Part shown: positions 30,042 to 45,614 of the stretch, piece by piece
Layout of the letters: every line of letters starts with the position of its first letter
How positions within the stretch are numbered: position 1 is the first letter of the stretch
DNA from: the human T2T-CHM13v2.0 reference genome, Homo sapiens
Length of the DNA: 64,000 nt
Reading direction: 5' to 3' (one strand)
Assembly: GCF_009914755.1 (NCBI RefSeq)
Contig: NC_060927.1
Notes under the pieces: generated by a model
The model's database searches: none
Seen by the model: only the letters and a program-made list of their open reading frames with translations
Told to the model about the DNA's origin: nothing
Position numbers and translations under genes: made by a program

Positions 30042-30104
30042 CAGTTCATCCTCCTCTCCCTGGTTGAGCAAAGCCCGATGGTCCTTCTTACTGTTCTCTT
30101 CCAT
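30042..30104 (-). CDS. ATP13A5: ATP13A5 coding exon 1 (MEENSKKDHRALLNQGEEDEL)
   Basis: ATG at 30104-30102, 63 nt, donor GTGAGT at 30041-30036. Peptide matches the recalled ATP13A5 N-terminus and joins exon 2 in phase 0. Confidence 0.96.
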
Positions 30105-30350
30105 CTGAACTCAACCGGTGAGGATCTCTTCTGGCTAACTCCTTGGAGAAATGTCAAAATCCCTTGGGCTTCTGTGAACTTGGAATCGTCACAACTTGTG
30201 ATTGCTCTTCCCAGGCGCTTTTAAAATCTCTTAGTACACACCTTGCCTATTAGACTAACAAAGGAAAGAGAGAAAATCTTCTCAGGAACAGGATTGGTCT
30301 GTTAATCTGGTTATTGTGGGTTTTTTTCCTAGTGTTTGTTTATTGAGCTA
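30105..30350 (-). promoter_or_regulatory. ATP13A5: ATP13A5 5' UTR and proximal promoter (non-CpG-island)
   Basis: Immediately upstream of the ATG, with no upstream ATG to about 30220. TATA-like TTTTAAAA at 30219-30226 and forkhead-like TGTTTGTTTATT at 30333-30344. Confidence 0.5.
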
Positions 30351-31439
30351 GATATGAGTGCCTCAAGACCTGAGGAATGACGGGGGAAGAAGTTGGCAAA
30401 CTAGAAGGAGAAATCATTTTGTATGCGATCCATAAATGTCTCAGCCAAGGAATGAGAATAGTCACTTTGCTAAAAACCTAAGATAAAAGGATTAGCCAGT
30501 GAGAGATGTATAAAAACCCTGCAGACTTTGAAAAAGTAATGAACATATTGGGGGTGACAATGAGAATTGAAGGAAGGGAGGTAGGCTCATGATAGAGAAT
30601 GTAGGAATCATTTTGGAATTAGAAAAATCTGAGTTCTAATCCGTGCTTCACTGAAGACCCTGGACAAATCACTTAAAATCTGGAATTTCAGTTTCTAGTA
30701 CATAAAATGTCAATAATAACTATACAGTAATATAAAGATTTAAGATGATAGTCATAAAAAGCCAACGATAGCACCCACCACAGTCACTAAGAGAGAAATA
30801 ATCATCATCATAATCATTACACTAACCAAGAAGAAAGAGGCTTTAAAAAGTAAACTATATTAATAACTTGATTCTTTTCATTTTCTCTTTAGAGTTTACA
30901 AAAGTTTTCAAATGAGCAAAGTATGTGGAGGGAAGAGATGCTAGAAAGTCCGAGGATTAAGGATATAGCCCAAATTTCAACACCACTGAATTTGATATTT
31001 TGATTAGAAAATAGGTATACTGTGATCCATTCCAGAGTCAGTTAATTTGTTTGTGATGAAAACTTTTGTCATTTTATTGGCTCTTATTGTATCCTTGCAC
31101 TTTGACTATGGAAGAAAATTTGCTGGGAATGAAAACTATTAGGGATGATACTTGGCTGTTTCTGCTGACTGAAATAGACACTGATTGCCTTGAGCAGGCA
31201 TAAGTGTCCAACTTGGTGTTCAGGAGAGATCAACGTGCTCTCTGGCCAGGAGAAAGTGGCTGATGAGAATAAACAGGAAGACAACTAGAGCTCTTCATGC
31301 CAGAGGCTCCCGAGGTACCCATACTGAAGTATAATGTGCCGGTGTGAATGTTGCCTTGTAAGTAGTACCAATCTAAGGTAAAATGCATATTTGAAGAAAG
31401 GAGTTCTGGATTTTAGTAAAACTTCATTAAAGACACGAG

Positions 31440-31925
31440 TGGTGGCTATCATTCACTTCTTACCCATCCGCTATTTACTTGTATTTCTTGCTGAAAGAAC
31501 CCCAACTTTGTGCAGCATGACTTCAGCTAAAAGCACCAAGATGAGTCAATGATTTGTCTATGGGTCGGCGTGTGGCCCAGTTCTAAACAATGAAATAGAA
31601 GAGAAAGACATGGTCTTGTGGGAAAGGTTATCTTGTTGACGAAACAGAGAGAAGAACATTTTTTTCTGTCTTCCCCTTTCTGCCTTTCTTTGAAAGTGAT
31701 CCATGAAAATGCAATGCTTGGAGCATGGTAGCCATCTTTAGGTGGTGAGGAGGATGCAAATCACCATGAAAATTACGGTGAGAAAAGGACAAAAGAAGTT
31801 ATATGCTTATAACACCACTGATTCATGGACCTACCTACCCCTAAACACCACATTAAATACACAATTAAACATTCTCATAAAGCCACTCTTGCTTGGGTTT
31901 TCTGTTACATATAGTCCAAAGATAT
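31440..31925 (+). mobile_element. Old MLT1 (K/L-like) LTR remnant
   Basis: Degenerate; ends taaagccactcttgcttgggttttctgttaca. Confidence 0.5.
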
Positions 31926-34900
31926 ACATAGCACTGGTCTTGACTCCATTCCACTTTTACTCAACAATTATGTACTGGAAAACAGATGTTCCAGACATTG
32001 TGCTAGGCCCTCGAATACAATGGTGTAAAGGAAAGAGCCCCTATCCTGAGAGAGTTTATAGTTACTTGGGAATGACAGATAACTAAGCAGCCTCTTAATT
32101 GGGAAATATACTAAACTCAGATTTAATGGAATACAAACAGGTTCCCAAAGGAAGTGACATTTATTCTGACATCTCAAAGATAAGCAGAAGTTAACAGATA
32201 GAAAGAATGGGGGATAGTGGCATCTGGTGAGCACAGTCTAGGCTGGGAGCAGAAGGTGTGGAAAGGGTCAAGCGAGGTGGGAAAGGAGCACCTATTAGGG
32301 GCATTAAGGGGAATAAAAGTAAGACTTGAGACTAGAAAGATGGGAAGTGATGAGTAATAATTATGATGGAGATGCAAACAAAGGTGTGCTCAAGAAGAGC
32401 TTGTCAACCATGGCGAGCTGGACTCTTGTCTGTCCACCGGCCAAGACCCAAGGCCTCAGCTCCTTCCCACTGAGGAACCAACACTCTTTGCCCTGTACAA
32501 ATACAAAATACCCACTTCAAATTAAAGTCTTTGAATAATCCCAATGCTCATAAATGTCTTGGAGGCACTGAGCTTCCAGGTCCCAGAGATGTGAATGCTG
32601 ACATTGGGCCCATTTACCATATGATGGATTCATCAGGGCAAAGTTTGTATTAGATAATCTCGAGGGTCTTTAAGTACTGAGCATTGCTTTAGCCACCAGA
32701 GGACAAGCTCTGTGAAGAAAGTAATCACATGGCATTAAACCCTGCCTCCTGGAAGGTCTGCAACAGACATTATAGCTTATAGGACCTAATGCCAGACCCC
32801 CATAAGCAACGTGAAGATCCAGTCATGCCTCAATGGCTTAGCCAGTCCCTTGTAGGCACATGGGTGGAAGAGTCACCTTTTATGTTTATACACGTGCTGG
32901 AGGGTTGAGGGCATCTCTTCTGGGAGAAGCAGCCTCAGGAATGGTGGCAGTGGCCTCTTCCGGATCACACTAGTATTTCTAGCCATAGAGTTCAGGAGGT
33001 CATAACTTAAGCTGGAATTCTTTAGATCTTTTCCATCTGAAGAGGTCAGATTCCCTGTTGCCTATGACTAGAAGCAAAACTGCATCCTGATGAACCACAA
33101 AGGCAAACTCTGTCCTAATAAGAAGGAAGCTGTCAGCACCATACAGCATAAGAGCAGGGGCCTTCAGAGACAAGAAGGGAGGGAAGAGACCAATGAAAGA
33201 CTCAGAAAGGAACAAAGAGTAAAATGTCCACTTCACACAGGGGCCTGAAGAACTGATCATCCCTCAAGAAGCAAAGTCATAGACTGCTGAACAGCTTTCC
33301 TATCAGAGTGAAGCCAGAGGAAGTAAATGACTGAGAGAGTGTTTCATCTTCTTCCACAATCCCTGACCTGGAACACAATTTCCAGAAAACAAAAAGATGG
33401 GCAAATTTTGCTTAAAGAGGCACAGTGAGATAACAGCAGATCCAGGGCTCAAGCCCGGTTCCCTGCCTCACAGTCCAGCGTATTTCCACCAAGAAAGGCT
33501 ACCTGCTCTGCTGCTGTATTTTCTCTAGAACTCTGCTCTGAATGCTAGAGAGGTGAGGGACATGGGGATGACATGGATTAGGGAGAGAGGGCGTGTCACC
33601 ACCTCTAGTCCACGAGGCTTATTCGACGAAGACACAATGGACGTGGTGAGGTTGGTTAGAACCATACCTCACCCTCCTATTTGGCAGAGACAAGATTCTC
33701 ATCCCCTATTTTCCCATGAAGTAAGGGGGAAACTTATCCAGAGTTGGATGTCTTCTCTAGATTTTCAAGCTCTCTTGATATTTTTCTCCACCCATTAAAT
33801 GGAGTCCTACTGGAACATTCTATCTTGGAGATCCAGGCTCCTTCCATCTGTGGCTCCACGATTTTCAACACGTGGCTTCCAAGGCTGCCTTGATTATATA
33901 AAAGGGGGACTTCATGGAGGATAGTAAATAAAAGTTTCCATGGACTCATCCTGGAAGAGTTACTCTGAACTTACGCTAGAAGATTGATTAGAACTCAGTT
34001 AGGTGACCACATCTACTTGCAAAGTTGACTAGGAGTGTGGTCCACCAGTGTGGCAGGAAGAATAGAAAGTGGGTTTGGGGTTACCTAGCCACACAGCCCC
34101 AATGATCATCTGAGAGACGGGTGAAGATAGATCAGCCTAGATCTCAAGGGACTCTGGTGAGTCTGGTGAGAGAACAAAATCAAGCAGAGGTGACTGCCAC
34201 ACATGGCAGAAGTGATGAAGGCCTGCATGACTGCAGAAATAAAGAGCATCTGTGGAAATCTGAGAGGTTCTACATCTGGTAACAGGGTATGGAGTGGCCT
34301 GTGATACCTGACTGAGTGACAATGCCAGAAGCTCTTTGCAAGAACCACAAAGGTTAAGAAAATACTTGAATTTTGATACACGACTTGTCCTCTATCTGAA
34401 ATATGGAATCACATGCCCTCTCTTGAATTGCACTCAGTCTATTCATAAGCAGAGCCAACCAACCCTTGCTTCTTTCACCCCTAACCACCACTGAATCAAA
34501 ATAACTCACACATTCTCTACAGATTTGAACAAAATAGAAGGAGCTCCCTTTAGAAACACAAATATGGGCTGTTCAAGGTGAAAGTATGATTGTAACCTTT
34601 CCCAATCCCTACCTCAAATTTCTATTTTGGAGATCAGCAAATTGAGAATTTGGTGATATGTAGCAAGCCTTAGATGAGTAGAAATAAAATTATATCTTGT
34701 CTGGGTACACACATACAAAAACCCCAAACTGTAAATGGAGGCTTCCTGTATTATTCCTTAACCTCTACTTGTCCTGTTAATTCATTTAACAAACAGCTTC
34801 TAAGCTTATCAGACTAGTGTTAAGACTGAAGCGGGGGTGGGCAGAAATGAATCAGATGACAATCCTGCCGTTAATGAGTTGATAGGCTGGTAAACAAAGA

Positions 34901-35488
34901 ATAAAAGAACACGACTCCACTATAGGAGGAATAATGGAATGGGCCAGAGAGGGTGGCCAGAGAAAAGGCTAGAAGAGAGAGAGAGGCATGGAGTCTAGCT
35001 GCTCAAAGGACTAACAAGTGTGTCTAGCCTAGCAGCTTATTTACCTGCTTGGGGTCACAGAGAACTTTGAGAATCTGAGGAAATGTGCAGGTTCCCCCCT
35101 CCCCAAGAATAATGCACATATGCACATGTGCAGAACATTTTACTTAGGTCAAATTTGCCTTACGCTTTAGATGGTTCAAAGGTCTCTTCATTTTATGCTT
35201 CTTCATTAATTTCCTGAACAAATATGTATTGAGGACTTACTTCCTATTAGACGTTGTTCAAGGTGTTGAGAGGACAGCAGTAATCAAAGCAGGTAATGTT
35301 GACTTCTCAGGGAGCAGGAACTGACTGACAAAGCAAGTAAATAAGTAAAACCCACAGTTTGACAGATAGTGATATTGCCACGGAGAGAAATCAGGTTAAG
35401 AAAGTGAAGAGGCAATGCTGGTGGGGGTCAGAAGTGAGGGGAGTGGGGAGTGGAAGGGATGTGGAGTTGCATGTTAAGTAAGGTGGTC

Positions 35489-36386
<898 letters not shown>

Positions 36387-36900
36387 AAGGTGGTCAGGGA
36401 AGACACTACAAAGACCGGAGGAGCTAGGGGCACATGGCTACCTGGGCAAAGAGGGTTCTGAGTAAAAGGAATATCAGGTGTCAAAACCCCGAAGCTGGTG
36501 GCCAGGAAGGAAGCCAGAGTGCCCAGGGCAGTGTGCACAGCCAACAGAGTCACAGGATCCCAGGAAGCAAAGCGAAGTTGTGGACATATTTGGCACGCAG
36601 AGAAGATCGTTCTTTACGTCCCCCTTGTCTAGGTGATAAATTTTTTAAGTGTGAGATAGAATTAATAGCAATGGCCAGAAAATAAACATAGAGAGTAAAA
36701 TGGTCTTTTATTGAATTTTGTATACGTAATCATGCCAGTAAAAATGATTTTTAAAAATAAAAAATAAAGATTACTGTACATAAAGAAGTAATCAATACTT
36801 TTCAACTATACTAAGATATTTTTTACTAAAGGAGAAAAATGTATACATTTTAATTAATAATAACATTATAGCAACTAATAAATGAATTTTAATGTAATGA

Positions 36901-37273
<373 letters not shown>

Positions 37274-38030
37274 AGATATTATTCAAATTCAGAAATATAT
37301 TTCAAGTATGAACTAAAATGTGCACTTACCATAAAAAAATGACAACTTAGAATGTGCACTCTGTCTTCTTCTATTTGTGAAGAAGATCCCCGGAAGAAAA
37401 ACCTCTAAGACAACTAGACTAAATTGGAGCCAGGGAATGGAAGTCTGAACAGTATGGAGAGGGAATTAGATTTTATATTATCGCCAAAAAGCAACCACTG
37501 GAGGTTCAATAGTAGTTCTTCAACTTATTCGGCTCTCCTCAGTTAAATTCTGCCCATAACTGTGGAAAACTGCCATATGCAAAACACTATTCTAGGTCCT
37601 AAAATGAGGATCCATAGACGAATAAGGTACAAACCTTGCCCTTGAGCTCAGTCTACAGGAGCCATGCTCTCAAGTCCAAGTCTTACGTATTCTCTACTTT
37701 TCCTCCAGCTGCTCTTGTGTCCTATTTTGCAAAAGAATCTTTGGCAAGCTCATCTCTCCTTGCCAGGTTCAGGCGTGGCTTGTTACTGATATACATAGGT
37801 ACCACCCATATAGGTATGACCATTCATTGTTTAGCAGGATCCTTTGAGGTGAATTCCTCTGATAGAAACTGGATGATTCAGAATCTGTTGCCAGAAGTTA
37901 GGAAGTTTGAAAGAGATTGATTCTTGGAATATATGCAGCTTCTGTTAGAAAGCAAGGCAGCCCATGGACTTCTGATTACAGCAGGTGAAGCTAAAGAAAA
38001 AAATATTCCCTTTTACCCACTCATAGCTGA

Positions 38031-38483
<453 letters not shown>

Positions 38484-39049
38484 TAGCTGAGCTAGCTCTT
38501 CCATGCCCCTCATGGGAGTCAAGAACCAGAACTTGAACTAAATTCTGTGCTCTGCTTAGTTTTTATTGTAAAATGAGGCTTGATGTGTTGCAAATACTGT
38601 TAATATGTTGTGGATTATTGAAGCAATTTTTAAAATTTAATTCCTTGTGTTTTGGATTTTTTAGAAAACTGCCTTTTCAGTCATCGAATAAATATTAATT
38701 GATTTACTTTCTCATGGAGTCAATTCTATTTTCCAAATGCTTCATATGTCCCAGGTTGGGTGACCTTCACTGTCCTTGAGTCCAACAACTTTGCTTTGGG
38801 GACTATTCCCATAACATTTGATAAGTAAGTAAAGAATAGTTCTTAATACATTCAAGGAAAAGAGCCATTCATCTTCAAATCCAAGCACTTAGCATAGGGA
38901 GAGGCATATATAATTAGGTGCTCAAAAAATATTGTGTGATGAATAAATGACTCTTTTCCTGCCTAGGGAATATGCTTTTCCTGTGTTACTCAGAGACAGA
39001 TACCGTCTGCAGTCTGCTCAGATCTTCTTGGATGTCTTTGATGCCTTCA

Positions 39050-39432
39050 CAGGCATTTGTGTGCTTTTCTTCTAATGACCTATTCTTCTGACTCTTTTCA
39101 GAGGGTTGCCCTTGAGCCCCTTTGACTGTTCTACCAAAGACCCGAAGTTTGCTCCCCACCCCCACCCTGCCCAGGCAGCCCTGAGCCAGTGACTGACAAG
39201 GCAGAAGTCTGAAGCTGTTTCCTTGCCAATAGTTGGGACAGAGTGAAGAAAGGTTTTCATTCCAAAGCTCCCTGGCAGCATCAGATTGAAATAAAGACTC
39301 TGCCCAAAATCACATTCTTACTTTTATTGTCTTTCACTCTCTTACCAGCTTCTCCTGGAAACACTTCCTTCATAAAATATTTATATATAAATCCAGGTCT
39401 TGCTGTCTGCTTCTGGGGAACTCAACTTAAGA
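39050..39432 (+). mobile_element. LTR16-like ERVL LTR remnant
   Basis: ggcagccctgagccagtgactgac core; gtctgcttctggggaactcaacttaaga end. Confidence 0.55.
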
Positions 39433-40448
39433 AAAGAACTAAGCGTGTCTAATGTTTGTACTCACTACATCTGTAGGTACCGACAACCCGTTCTTTCTCT
39501 GGGGAGGAAAACCACCTGCCTCGTCCCATTCTCTCACCTCTTACTCAATTCTCTCACTTCAAAATCTACAGTGTCTTTTCTCCTTAATTTAAAATTGTCC
39601 ATGTAACCATGCTGAGTTTGGTCTGACCATTCTTTCTCCTTAAGGTGTTAGAATTGTTCCAGGATAATTCAACAGGTCACCTTCTGTTCCTGGAAATCTG
39701 TTCACTATTGTCAAGGATTTTAAGCTTGTCAAAGCATATGCCATGTTGCCCCCGTGCTCTGTGTATTAGCTGCAGGGGAACAGAATGTCTGCTTAATTTA
39801 ATATTCTGGAAGGCCTTCCACATGACTGGCCACAAGAACAAATCCACACAAACTCCCAGTTGTATGACTTGTCTGATGACAACAGTAAGTGCCAGTGATA
39901 ATGACTGTCCAGTGTTAACTGTGTTTGTCAGTTAAGTCACCAACCTGCGTCAGACCAGTGGCCAAACACGTGCCCCAGTATAGTCGGGTCAATGCCTTGG
40001 TGAAGACTAAACTCCCACCTCTTCTCCCCTCACTGCTGCTAAAAACGCTCACAACCATTGAGACCAGTAAATGGTGCTGGGCAGAGGACAATAGCATTTC
40101 CGAAACTATTGTGGCTACTGAAAGAACAGGAGTTCAACTGTATTTGTGGATTCAAAAGAAGGAAGAAAACAGCTGTGATGAGGTGCGGTGGTTACAAAGA
40201 TGGAGAATGGACAGAGGCCTTCCAGAATGAGTCAGATCACAAGATCTATCTTAAGGAGAATAATCTCTAAACTGATGTTGCAAGGCAAATTGATTTGTTA
40301 CTACTCAATTGCAGATGATCTAACCTAGTTGGCGAGATGAGGATTTCCTTAAAATATTCAAACCAGAGAATGGTCCAGGATCAGTTATTCTTTTTCTCCC
40401 TTATCTGGAGGGTGGATTAGTTTGTGTATCTCAGAAACTGGAGTTTTT

Positions 40449-40734
40449 GGCTGGGCGCGGTGGCTCAAGCCTGTAATTCTAGCACTTTGGGAGGCTGAAG
40501 CAGGTGTATCACGAGGTCAGGAGTCCAAGACCAGCCTGGCCACGATGGTGAAACCCCATCTCTATTAAAAATACAATAATTAGCTGGGCATGGTGACAGG
40601 GGCCTGTGATCCTAGCTACTTGGGAGGCTGCAGAGAATTGATTAAACCCGGGAGGCAGAAGTTGCAGTAAGCCAAGATTGCGCCACTGCCCTCTAGCCTG
40701 GGTGACAGAGTGAGACTCCGTCTGAAAAAAAAAA
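40449..40734 (+). mobile_element. Alu (AluS, Sg/Sc-like)
   Basis: Alu consensus; TSD tggagttttt. Confidence 0.95.
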
Positions 40735-41144
40735 TATTGTGGAGTTTTTGCATAAATTTTCAACTAATTTGAAGAATACAAGTAACTAAACCCCATTCTG
40801 TGTTTTCGTCCATGGATCAAGGCAATGCTTTTCCCCATTGAACTCAGCCACCAGGTGATTGTTTTGTCAATAGTTCAGTACTTAGAGCTCTAACAAAGAG
40901 CAGGGATAAATGGGCGCACCTCAAGGGAGAGAAGTCTGTCAGCAGGATTTCCTTTCACCAGGGACTGCTTTTGTAATGTAAGGTAGAGAATGCACAGTGA
41001 CAAACAGAATTTACAAAGGAAATGTACCACAAAAAGTTCTCTCAATGCAGGGTGAGTGGCAGAAAAAATTGTAGATGAGTCTCCATAGGGACAAGTGCAA
41101 GATAGCACATTTGAAAGAAAATAATCTAAGTTGTTCTTTTAGGA

Positions 41145-41317
41145 CTATGGTTTCTAAACCTGATCCATCGTTAGATCACCTGGAGAGCTTGATAAAGATA
41201 TAGCTCCCCAGGACCCATCCTAGAGATTATGATTCAATATATGTCTCATCGGGCTCAGGAATTTATTTCTAATAAGCTCCTTGAGGATTTTCATGATGGG
41301 TCAAGTTGGAGAGTCAT
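41145..41317. mobile_element. MER5-family DNA transposon
   Basis: tggtttctaaacct..atcacctggagagctt..cctagagattatgattca..taagctcc. Confidence 0.65.
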
Positions 41318-42011
41318 GTTCCAAAAAGAAGCCTATGAATTTCTGTGGACTACTCTATGGAGAAAGTAAGCTATCACATGGCGTGACAGCAAAAACAACA
41401 ACAACAACAACAAAAAAACAACAAAACTAAACATAACCTACAAATATGTCCAAATCTGGGCTGTCTTGCACAGGTCTTTGCATCTCAAGGGAGATCTCAT
41501 AGACTTGGAAATTATCCAGAAACTGCCAGTTTAAAAAACCATTCTTCAGGATAGTTAGATGATAGGATAAGAAGAGCTGCAAAAGAAAGCTTACTCATTC
41601 AAAGCATAAGTAGTGAAATCTGCAAACGAAGGCTAGAGGTAGGTTGCTCTGTATGTTATTTAAATAAAATAAGAATAAACAGTCTAAGTAAAACATAATT
41701 TAAACAAACAGCAAAACATGGATAACTACAAAATTGCATTAAAATAGAATTAAATGCATTCAATTCCTGGAAGTCAATAGTATGTTCACTATTTCACTCA
41801 TTCTTCATTCATGCATTCTTCAATTTGTTCTTTTACTGACTCCCACGACACAATAAATAGCTATATCATGTGTAAAGCCAAGACTTAAGAAGCTTCCTTA
41901 AAGTTTGAGAGATGAAGAAAAAGAAATTATGTGCCACATTTAATCTCCTTTGATTTTTGCTATTATCAATGAGATCATAAATAATATTTTCATACCAATA
42001 GCCAATTGGAG

Positions 42012-42986
42012 ATATAGGAAAAAACAAATTGTTTTCCCTACTCTCACACACCACTCAACACAACACTTTTGACATCAGATGTAAGCCAAGCAGTTCTCCA
42101 GTGGACACCAGCTGGATGTCCTATGATACAATTGAATTCTGACCCTATCTGCCTAGAGATAGTACGAAATCCCACAGATTAAGGACTTAGTCTCAAAAGA
42201 CTGCCCCAACCTCACACACCCATTGCAAGTTGTAGGTTGTCACCTATGCTTCTGACCAACTGGGTATAAACTGGGAGTCCCATTACCCCCTCCGTGAGTT
42301 TGATTAATTTGCTAGGATGACTCACAGAACTCAGGAAATGCTTTACTTGTGTTTACCAGTTTATTAAGAAATATAATAAAGGATACAGATGAACCGCCAG
42401 ATGAAGACATACACAGGCAAGGTCTGGCAAGGTCCCGAGTCCAGGAGCTTCGTCCCTGTGGAGTTGGGGCGCACCACCCTCCCTGCATGTGGATGTGTTT
42501 GCCAAGCTGGAAGCTCTCTGAGCCCCATAGTTCAGACATTTGTATGGAGGGTTTATCATGTAAGCATGACAAATTATTAGGTCCACTTCCAGCCCCTCTC
42601 CTCTCTGGTGAGTGGACAGTAGGGCTGAAAGCTCCAAGCTTCTAACTATGGCTTGGTCTTTCTGGTGGCCAGTTCCTATCCAGGAGCCCACTAAGAGTTG
42701 CCTCTTTAGAACAAAAGATGTTCCTATCACCAGGAAATTTCTAGGAATTTAGGAGCTCTTTATTAGGAATTGAGGTCAAAAGCCAAATACTAGAACAAAG
42801 GATTCCCCTGTCACCCATACCTGCACGGGTGTTAGGAGCTCTCTCTCAGAACCTGAACAGAGACTAAACATTAGAACAAAAGGTTCTCCTGGCATGCTTG
42901 TTGCTCAGGAAATTACAAGGGTTTTAGGAGCTCTGTGACAGAGACTGGGGTCGGGGATCAATATAGTATTTCTTACTATTTCACAG
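42012..42986 (-). mobile_element. MER21 (A/B-like) LTR with internal 80-90 bp imperfect tandem repeats
   Basis: gtttgattaatttgctag..ctcacagaactcagg; taaaggatacagatgaa; three tagaacaaa..taggagctct units. Confidence 0.85.
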
Positions 42987-44184
42987 TGAAGGAAACCAAG
43001 ACACAGACATAGTGACTAATTTGCTCAAAACGGCAACTCCGAGAAGTCTGGATTAGAACTCAAATCTGTCTGATTCCTAAACTTGTACCTTTAACCTGCC
43101 ATATGCCACTGCCCCAAAAGGGTCACCTTTGAGATGAACTTTGTTGAAGAACTGTGTGGCCTCTAATGATAAGGTCAGACTTGGGACACTGGTCAAAGTC
43201 TGAGGCTTTGGCTAGCATGGCATCCAATGCCCCCAAGGCCAGTTCTGCCCCCACACAGGCCTACGTACAGCTAGACTCCTGCTGCCTTGAGCCACCCACT
43301 GTGCCCTGGGCCACCTGTGAACCTCCCTGACTGCTGCACGAGACTGAGATGTGGGCAGACACAAAGATTTGGATTTTCCCATGTATAACTCTTGGCATCC
43401 AGACCACCTGGATTCCAGGAACCATCTAGGGAGTATCCAAGCCTACAAAATTATCCCCAGATCAAGTTACCAATTAGTCATGCATTGTGACTGAATTCCT
43501 GAGGCTATTTAAGCCTTTATGAAATTCTCAAGGCTAACCTTGGGCTGGGTCAAGAGAAAACTGGCTCGGCTTTCAGGAAGAGCACTCAGCCAGCTGGGAG
43601 TCACTCCATCTTGTATTGTGTTTAGTTCCTGAGCACACCAGGAACACATGGTGGCCCTGAGGCTCTGCGGTGCTTTCTGAGAGGATTCTCCCTGTGACCG
43701 TCCTCGTGCGGACTTTCACCAAGTGGGCATTCACCTTGTGGGGAGATGTCTTTCCTATCTTATAACCTGTGTTTCCGTGGCCATGTAAACCCGGGACCAT
43801 AGTCAAAAATGGGACCCTGGAAACTCCACTGCTCTGGAGTCCCTCCTGAGTCATTGAGAGGTTCACAGGGATCCTCCGCACGTGCTGCACAGTGTGCTGT
43901 GCTCCTGTGACACCATGCCCTTCCCTCTCACAGTCTGTGTGGCCACAGGCCACTGCTTCGAGATTGTCACGGCTGCTTCCATGGTCAGGCTTGCTGGGGG
44001 CATTGCCTGACCCTGAGGTTGGTGGCAGGGGACCCCAGGCCTCCATGATGTGCACAGATACCCTGTATCATCCTTGGCCCTTCTCTATCTCTCTTAACCA
44101 CTTTCTTTCTCCTTTAGCCGCTTATAGATATGCGAAGACTCTTTATGTCACCTGTACTTCTGTGTGTGATAGCATCAGCCACTA

Positions 44185-44535
<351 letters not shown>

Positions 44536-45614
44536 TCACTGCCAGGTGACGGAGGCCACAGGGGGATTTTCTCCACCTTGCTTTTATTACACTCTGACAT
44601 GCAGACCACAGATCACAGGGTGGATCTCTCTTGCGCATGCTTCATATATATGTATACACACACACACACACATACACGTATGTGTGTGTGTGTCTGTCTG
44701 TCTCTATCTCTACATAACTTTTTTTGTCATAGCTTTCTTTTCCAATGGTCCTTGCAAGAGTCCTAAAGATAGGGTGAAACCAGGCCACAGACGGAAAAAT
44801 TCATACCCTATTGTCCTCAAACTTTGCGCTTTCCCTTATATCCAATGTTTGGGTTTCAACAAGTTTGTTTGGCTCAACTCTTTATCTTTTATCTTCTTTG
44901 GGGTTTAGTATCTTCCTATGTGGGCCCTTGCACTCTCATGCAAATAAGCCTGTGGTGTCTTCTACACATTGAGATAGTCTTTGTAGCACACACCTAACTC
45001 TTATAATTCCACACCACACTTCTACATCCTCACTATATAAATAGCCAAACTTATTAAACACAACATTGAAATCACTATACTTTATACTTCTAGTTGTTTT
45101 TATTCATAGCCCTATTGTTGAGTTAAGCTTCAGTGTACTGGATGAAAAACAGATGTTCACAGACAAAGGATGAGAAATAAATCAACAAAATATCCCAATG
45201 ATTACATTTTTTATGTAATCATGTGACAGCTGCTTGCCGAGCCCCTAACCATAGCTCTGTGCTAGGTGAAGGATGGGAAGATGAGACAACTCAGGCCTGG
45301 CCCCTAGCCTCACAGAATGTACTCTCTAGTTGAAGTGGGGTTGGGTGGGTGGGAGATATGGTATGTTAAGGCACTACAGGACCATGATGCAAGGCAAAAA
45401 CAACAACAACAACAACAACAAAACTGCATGCCACACAAAGGATAGATATGTAGAACGTGATGGTTGTGTAGAAAAAGAGAGCTTCTTTCTGGCTTGGCAG
45501 GTCAGGTGGTATTCTAATGGGATATTATTACTGAGAAATGAGTGGGATTTGGATGTGTCAAGATGAAAGTAAGAATTACTGATGCCCCAAAAGAGAAAAC
45601 ACGAGCCAAGGTGT

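Noticed and set aside
42700-42945. Three spaced imperfect repeats superficially like a CRISPR or regulatory array
   Set aside because: Internal tandem duplications of the MER21 LTR in a primate genome; no constant repeat-spacer structure and no cas genes.
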